Below are positions 60,019-64,000 of a DNA stretch of 64,000 nt, piece after piece. The notes below the pieces were generated by a model. That model worked only from the letters and a program-made list of their open reading frames with translations, was not told the DNA's origin and did no database searches. Position 1 is the stretch's first letter; each line of letters opens with the position of its first letter. The stretch is taken from positions 637,152,558-637,216,557 of the forward strand of contig NC_133619.1 of NCBI RefSeq assembly GCF_048593235.1, given 5' to 3'. The DNA comes from Sminthopsis crassicaudata (taxonomy: Eukaryota). Made by a program: the position numbers and the translations under genes.

Positions 60019-61044
60019 AACATTTGTCTGGACTGTGTATCCTGTGACACAAATATATTTCATTACAGGAAAAGTTCCTGGCTGGTCTATATTGGCCCTC
60101 TCCACCTTATAGCAGTCCTGTGGACTTGTCATTCTATCTCAGATCAGCCTAACCTATATTTTGTAGATTTGTTTTTTATTCCAGGTTTTGGTCAGTTACA
60201 GCTGCATTGGCCAACTTCAAGGAACTGAATCAACCACTGGATATTTCAATCAGTCCCAGTTTATCACCCCCTCCATAAAAAGATGGGACCCCGCAGGTGA
60301 CTCAGCTCTACATCCATTCTCAGTAGGAAGTAGTTTCAGAAGATGAGATCATTCCCCCTGCTCCCAGAGGACTTTGGCCCCATTGGTTTGGGGAGGAACT
60401 GGAACTGATTGGTGAGTGGACCCTAAATTATCCAGGGCCTGGATAGGTCTGCTGTTACAATGTATTTGGGACTTAGGATGGCACAAATTTTCACATCTCA
60501 GAGATGGGATTCCATGATGTTTTCAGGCCTCTCAATAATATATTGTTCAGAACGTTTAAAAATAGCCACAGATGTTTCCAACTAGATACTGTTTTAAGGA
60601 ATGGCACTGAAATCCAAATCACGAATGTGCTAGGAGGATATATTGTAAAAATGTTACATTTGTGTTTTATCCTAATGTCTTACTTCTCCTCAAATATCTT
60701 CTAATTTGCTATCTATGGTTCTTATTATTGAACACCCATCCCATGTGATGGTGCCTGCTAAGACCAATCACCATTGGTACAGGTCAACAGGTGAACAGGT
60801 TTGGGTAATATCAAAGGAAAATTAGAAAACAAAAAATGGGGAAAGAGAATTGTTGGATTACTCATTGCTGAACTTCTGGCAACTATAGCAATTATTACAT
60901 CATTTGCTATTTCAGCTTCAACTCCTAACAGAATCTATTCAGACTGCCCAATTAGCAAATCAATTAGCAAAAAATGGATCATAAGCTCTTAAAGAACAAA
61001 CTAATATAGATAATGAGTTAAAACAAGGACCAAAGTTAATGGAA

Positions 61045-61202
61045 TGGGGGCAGCTAGGTGTCGCAGTGGATAGAGCACCAGCCCTGAATTCAGGAGGACC
61101 CGAGTTCAAATTTGGTCTCAGACACTTAACACTTCCTAGCTGTGTGACCCTGGGCAAGTCACTTAACCCCAGCCTAAAAAAAAAAAAAAAAAAAAAGCTA
61201 AT
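61045..61202 (+). mobile_element. Young WSINE1-like SINE inserted in ERV env
   Basis: Full body plus polyA; 14-bp TSD caaagttaatggaa at 61031-61044 and 61203-61216. Confidence 0.93.
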
Positions 61203-61512
61203 CAAAGTTAATGGAACAATCATTAAAATGGTTAGGGGATCATGTAAACAATTTGGAAAGTCAATTACAACTAATTTGTGATTATAAATTCACTCATGTA
61301 TATGTAAATCTATAGATAGGATAAAGATACCACCAATGTGACAAGGCTTCAAATAAGAAACAGAATAAATGGAGCTGTACACAATTCCAACCTCACTTGG
61401 GATAAATCTCAATTAGCTGCCTTGATAGAAAAAATGGTAAAAAGTAGTTTCCCCATAGCTAACCAAATATCCTGTAAATAATCTGACTTCTATGCTTTTG
61501 CATTTTGTTCCT

Positions 61513-61957
61513 TGTAAGAGGACTTGCCAACCCCCTGCCAGTCTTGGACATCACACAGGGCAGGACTCAGGTAATCTGAGGGTAACCTTATAAAGGTGAA
61601 CAAGATGATGCTGGGAAGAAGGGGTTCCACCTGAGGAAGCAACGTGGCAATTCCCAGAAGAGGCATGCCGGACCTTGGAGGGGAGTACTTTGAAAATCCC
61701 TATTAGTAAAGGAATGCTCACAATATATCTACATGCAGTTTCCTGTAGAGAATAATGTATCTACTATAGGTTAGAATATAGGAAGTAGAAGCAGGCAGAT
61801 ATGATAAAAGGACTTGCAGTCTTTGTAATAAAGCAGAGTCTCATATCACCCTGGCTCTCGCCCCTCATTACTCACGGTCTTCGCTGTTCAAGTAGACAGG
61901 CAGTGCTGGTCATATAAAGCCTGTTCCACTCAGGAGTTGGGGCCGTGACCCCCAATA
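61513..61957 (+). mobile_element. Solo LTR (445 bp) inserted in ERV env
   Basis: Starts TGTAAG, has AATAAA at about 61827, ends cccccaaTA (mutated CA); 6-bp TSD gttcct at 61507-61512 and 61958-61963. Confidence 0.8.
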
Positions 61958-62089
61958 GTTCCTTTTGCATGGGTTATCCTTACACTCATTGGCTAAGCCA
62001 ATGCTTAGCACAATGGTATGTCTTGCAATCATTGTCAACTACAGGAACTGAAGTTCATAGACTTCATCTTCTGAATAAAAAGGGGGAGA

Positions 62090-62647
62090 TGAAGAGGACC
62101 AGTATTGAATTAATCAGCAAGAATCCATATTGAATTAATCAGCAAGAATCCAGTCCAGTATTACTTGAGACCTACTCTGTTACAGAGAATTTTTCAAATG
62201 TATCAGCTCACCATCTCGCTTTCAATTGTAGAGACATATTTGGCACATTCAGGATAATCTTAATGGAGAATACATTCAACAGAAACAAAGCATTTTAACT
62301 ATACATTGAATCAAAGACAAAGTTAAGGTAATTACATTAGTATGATAATTTCTGCTCTGTATTGATAAATATCACAACTATTTACAATTCTTTGATGTTG
62401 ATGAGCATCACAACTATGCTCTTTACAATTCTGTGTTTATAAGCATCTTGGTTTTGACAATTTAGATGGATATGGATATGCCCTGGAAGAAATGTGATGA
62501 AGGTAGCTAGTAATTTTGTAACACTCATCTAAAAGATATATGAACACTGATACTTTGATTAATAAACAGAGATTGCAAAGCATATCTTTTGCCTGGCCTT
62601 GATATTCAATCATACTCTTGGTTATTCACTGGAGCTGGACTCCAACA
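62090..62647 (+). mobile_element. 3' LTR of the env-bearing ERV
   Basis: TG directly after the PPT, 25-bp tandem repeat in U3 (62104-62153), AATAAA at about 62561, end ctccaaCA. Confidence 0.75.
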
Positions 62648-63459
62648 GGTTTGAGTTATTGTATTTAAGCAACAGGTAAGATGAGAAACCTTACTGGTCT
62701 AGGAGCAGGGTCTAGACCCCTCTAAACTGAGGGCGGGGGGCAGATGAGGGGCAGGGAAAAATGCGGCAGAGCCTCCTCCTTTTCCAAGCTCCCCTTGGGA
62801 GCTTGAAGATGCCCCCATTCTTCCCAGTTCCTAGGGTTTCCTTCAGCTTAACTGTCCCCACTCTACATATGCAATAATTTCCTAAACTATGTGTTTCTAG
62901 TTGCACCACAACCCCCCCCACACCTCATTGGCTCTCATCTATTATTGCTACAGTTTGCTAGTGGGTCACTCGACTTCCAGCCCTTCCTCTCTATAGCTAA
63001 CTGAGGAATTTTCCTTATCATGTAGACCCCCTAATCATTAACTCCAGTGGCTTCCTATGGTCTCCAGTATTTATATTTGGCTTCTTCGCATCAATATGTA
63101 TCTATCCTGTGCTGATGTGTCTGTGTGAGACTATGAGCCTTACCAGAAACCAGGACCCAGCCCTGGGATTACCTCTGTCTCAGGACCTGCTATTTGTCCT
63201 GAGCTCTCAGAGCAAGTGACAGGGAGCTGGAGTGATTGGGGAACAGGTATCTGTTGGACCATGACTCAGCCCTATCCTCCAGTGTCTCGATATAACATAC
63301 CTTCATCTAGAGTGCTGAGTTGGTAAAACATTTATTCCACTAACCATATAACTCATCATAAGAGACACAGCATTATTCATTGATTACTCAACGCAGAGCA
63401 CATCCAGAGGCCTGCAGCCAATCCTAGGTAATTTAAGGAGAGGCAAGCCCCATCTTTGT

Positions 63460-63711
63460 CAATTTCTCTCTTTCTCTGTTTCCTGTCCTTCCCTCTTTCC
63501 TACTTTCCTCTTTTCCTCTATCTCTCTGTGTCTCTAGATATCTCTGTCTCTGCCTCTGTCTCTTTCTCCCTCCTTTCTATTTCCCTCTGTCCATCTGTCT
63601 CTCTGTCTCTCTCTCTCTCTCCCTCCCTCCTACTTCTCTCTCTCTTTCTGTTTTTCTCTGTCTCTGTCTTTGTTTGTCTCTCTTTCTGTCTCTCTGTGTG
63701 TGTCTCTGTTT

Positions 63712-63716
<5 letters not shown>
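63460..63716 (+). repeat. CT-rich low-complexity tract
   Basis: Degenerate (CT)/(CTGT) repeats. Confidence 0.85.

Positions 63717-63775
<59 letters not shown>
63717..63775 (+). repeat. (TG)n microsatellite, about 29 units
   Basis: Direct reading. Confidence 0.97.
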
Positions 63776-63776
<1 letters not shown>

Positions 63777-64000
63777 TCCAAGAAGGGGTTAGGACAGGGT
63801 TGTTCCTACAAGTCCTTTCAGTTGTGAAGGAGAACAAGGTGAGATAGAAAGGGAGGATGATGGGGTAAGGACTCTGGATCCTTTCTTCTGGCTCCTCTCT
63901 GATTTTGTCAAGTCCCCCTTCATTCCCACTCCTGGAGAATATGGCTTCCTAAGCATTTATTAGCAGACTTGGTGGTGCTTCTGTGTTGTGGCACCCAAGG

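Larger units (their letters stand above)
60033..62089 (+). mobile_element. Decayed betaretrovirus-like (class II ERV) env remnant ending in PPT
   Basis: WGKR|IVGLLIAELLATIAIITSFAISAST fusion peptide (60849 on), heptad LTESIQTAQLANQLAKN.*ALKEQTNID, then after the SINE EQSLKWLGDHVNNLESQLQLICDYKFTHVY, and tail LHLLNKKGE. These resemble MMTV and HERV-K TM as recalled. PPT aaaaagggggaga at 62077-62089. Confidence 0.85.

Noticed and set aside
60033-62089. env as a domesticated syncytin-like gene
   Set aside because: Multiple stops, frameshifts, three insertions and mutated furin and CX7C motifs.
63456-63837. Low-complexity ORFs (poly-VC, poly-TH, RE-rich)
   Set aside because: Translations of CT and TG microsatellites.

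Overview
Marsupial genomic DNA, most likely a dasyurid such as the Tasmanian devil. This is inferred from the SINE and L1 types and from synteny, not proven. The window holds the CD22-FFAR1-FFAR3-FFAR2 cluster, all on the minus strand. I could reconstruct CD22 completely by eye: 13 coding exons, 2520 nt, 839 aa, 7 Ig domains, sialic-acid Arg and ITIMs present. FFAR1 is intact (299 aa). FFAR3 is present as two intact tandem copies (321 and 313 aa) in a duplication of about 3.56 kb. The copies differ at ligand-pocket positions and in the C-tail, which parallels the human FFAR3/GPR42 pair. FFAR2 carries a 1-bp insertion just after TM7 that moves the conserved C-tail out of frame; this is either an assembly error or a recent mutation. 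The rest is repeat-rich: L1 (one 5'-inverted copy), RTE, L2, SINEs and several solo LTRs. It also contains a decayed betaretrovirus-like env with PPT and 3' LTR carrying three nested insertions, a hAT MITE and a small ND6/tRNA-Glu NUMT. Five N gaps limit certainty, and two of them flank the FFAR3 copies. Protein comparisons and repeat family names are from memory; no searches were run.
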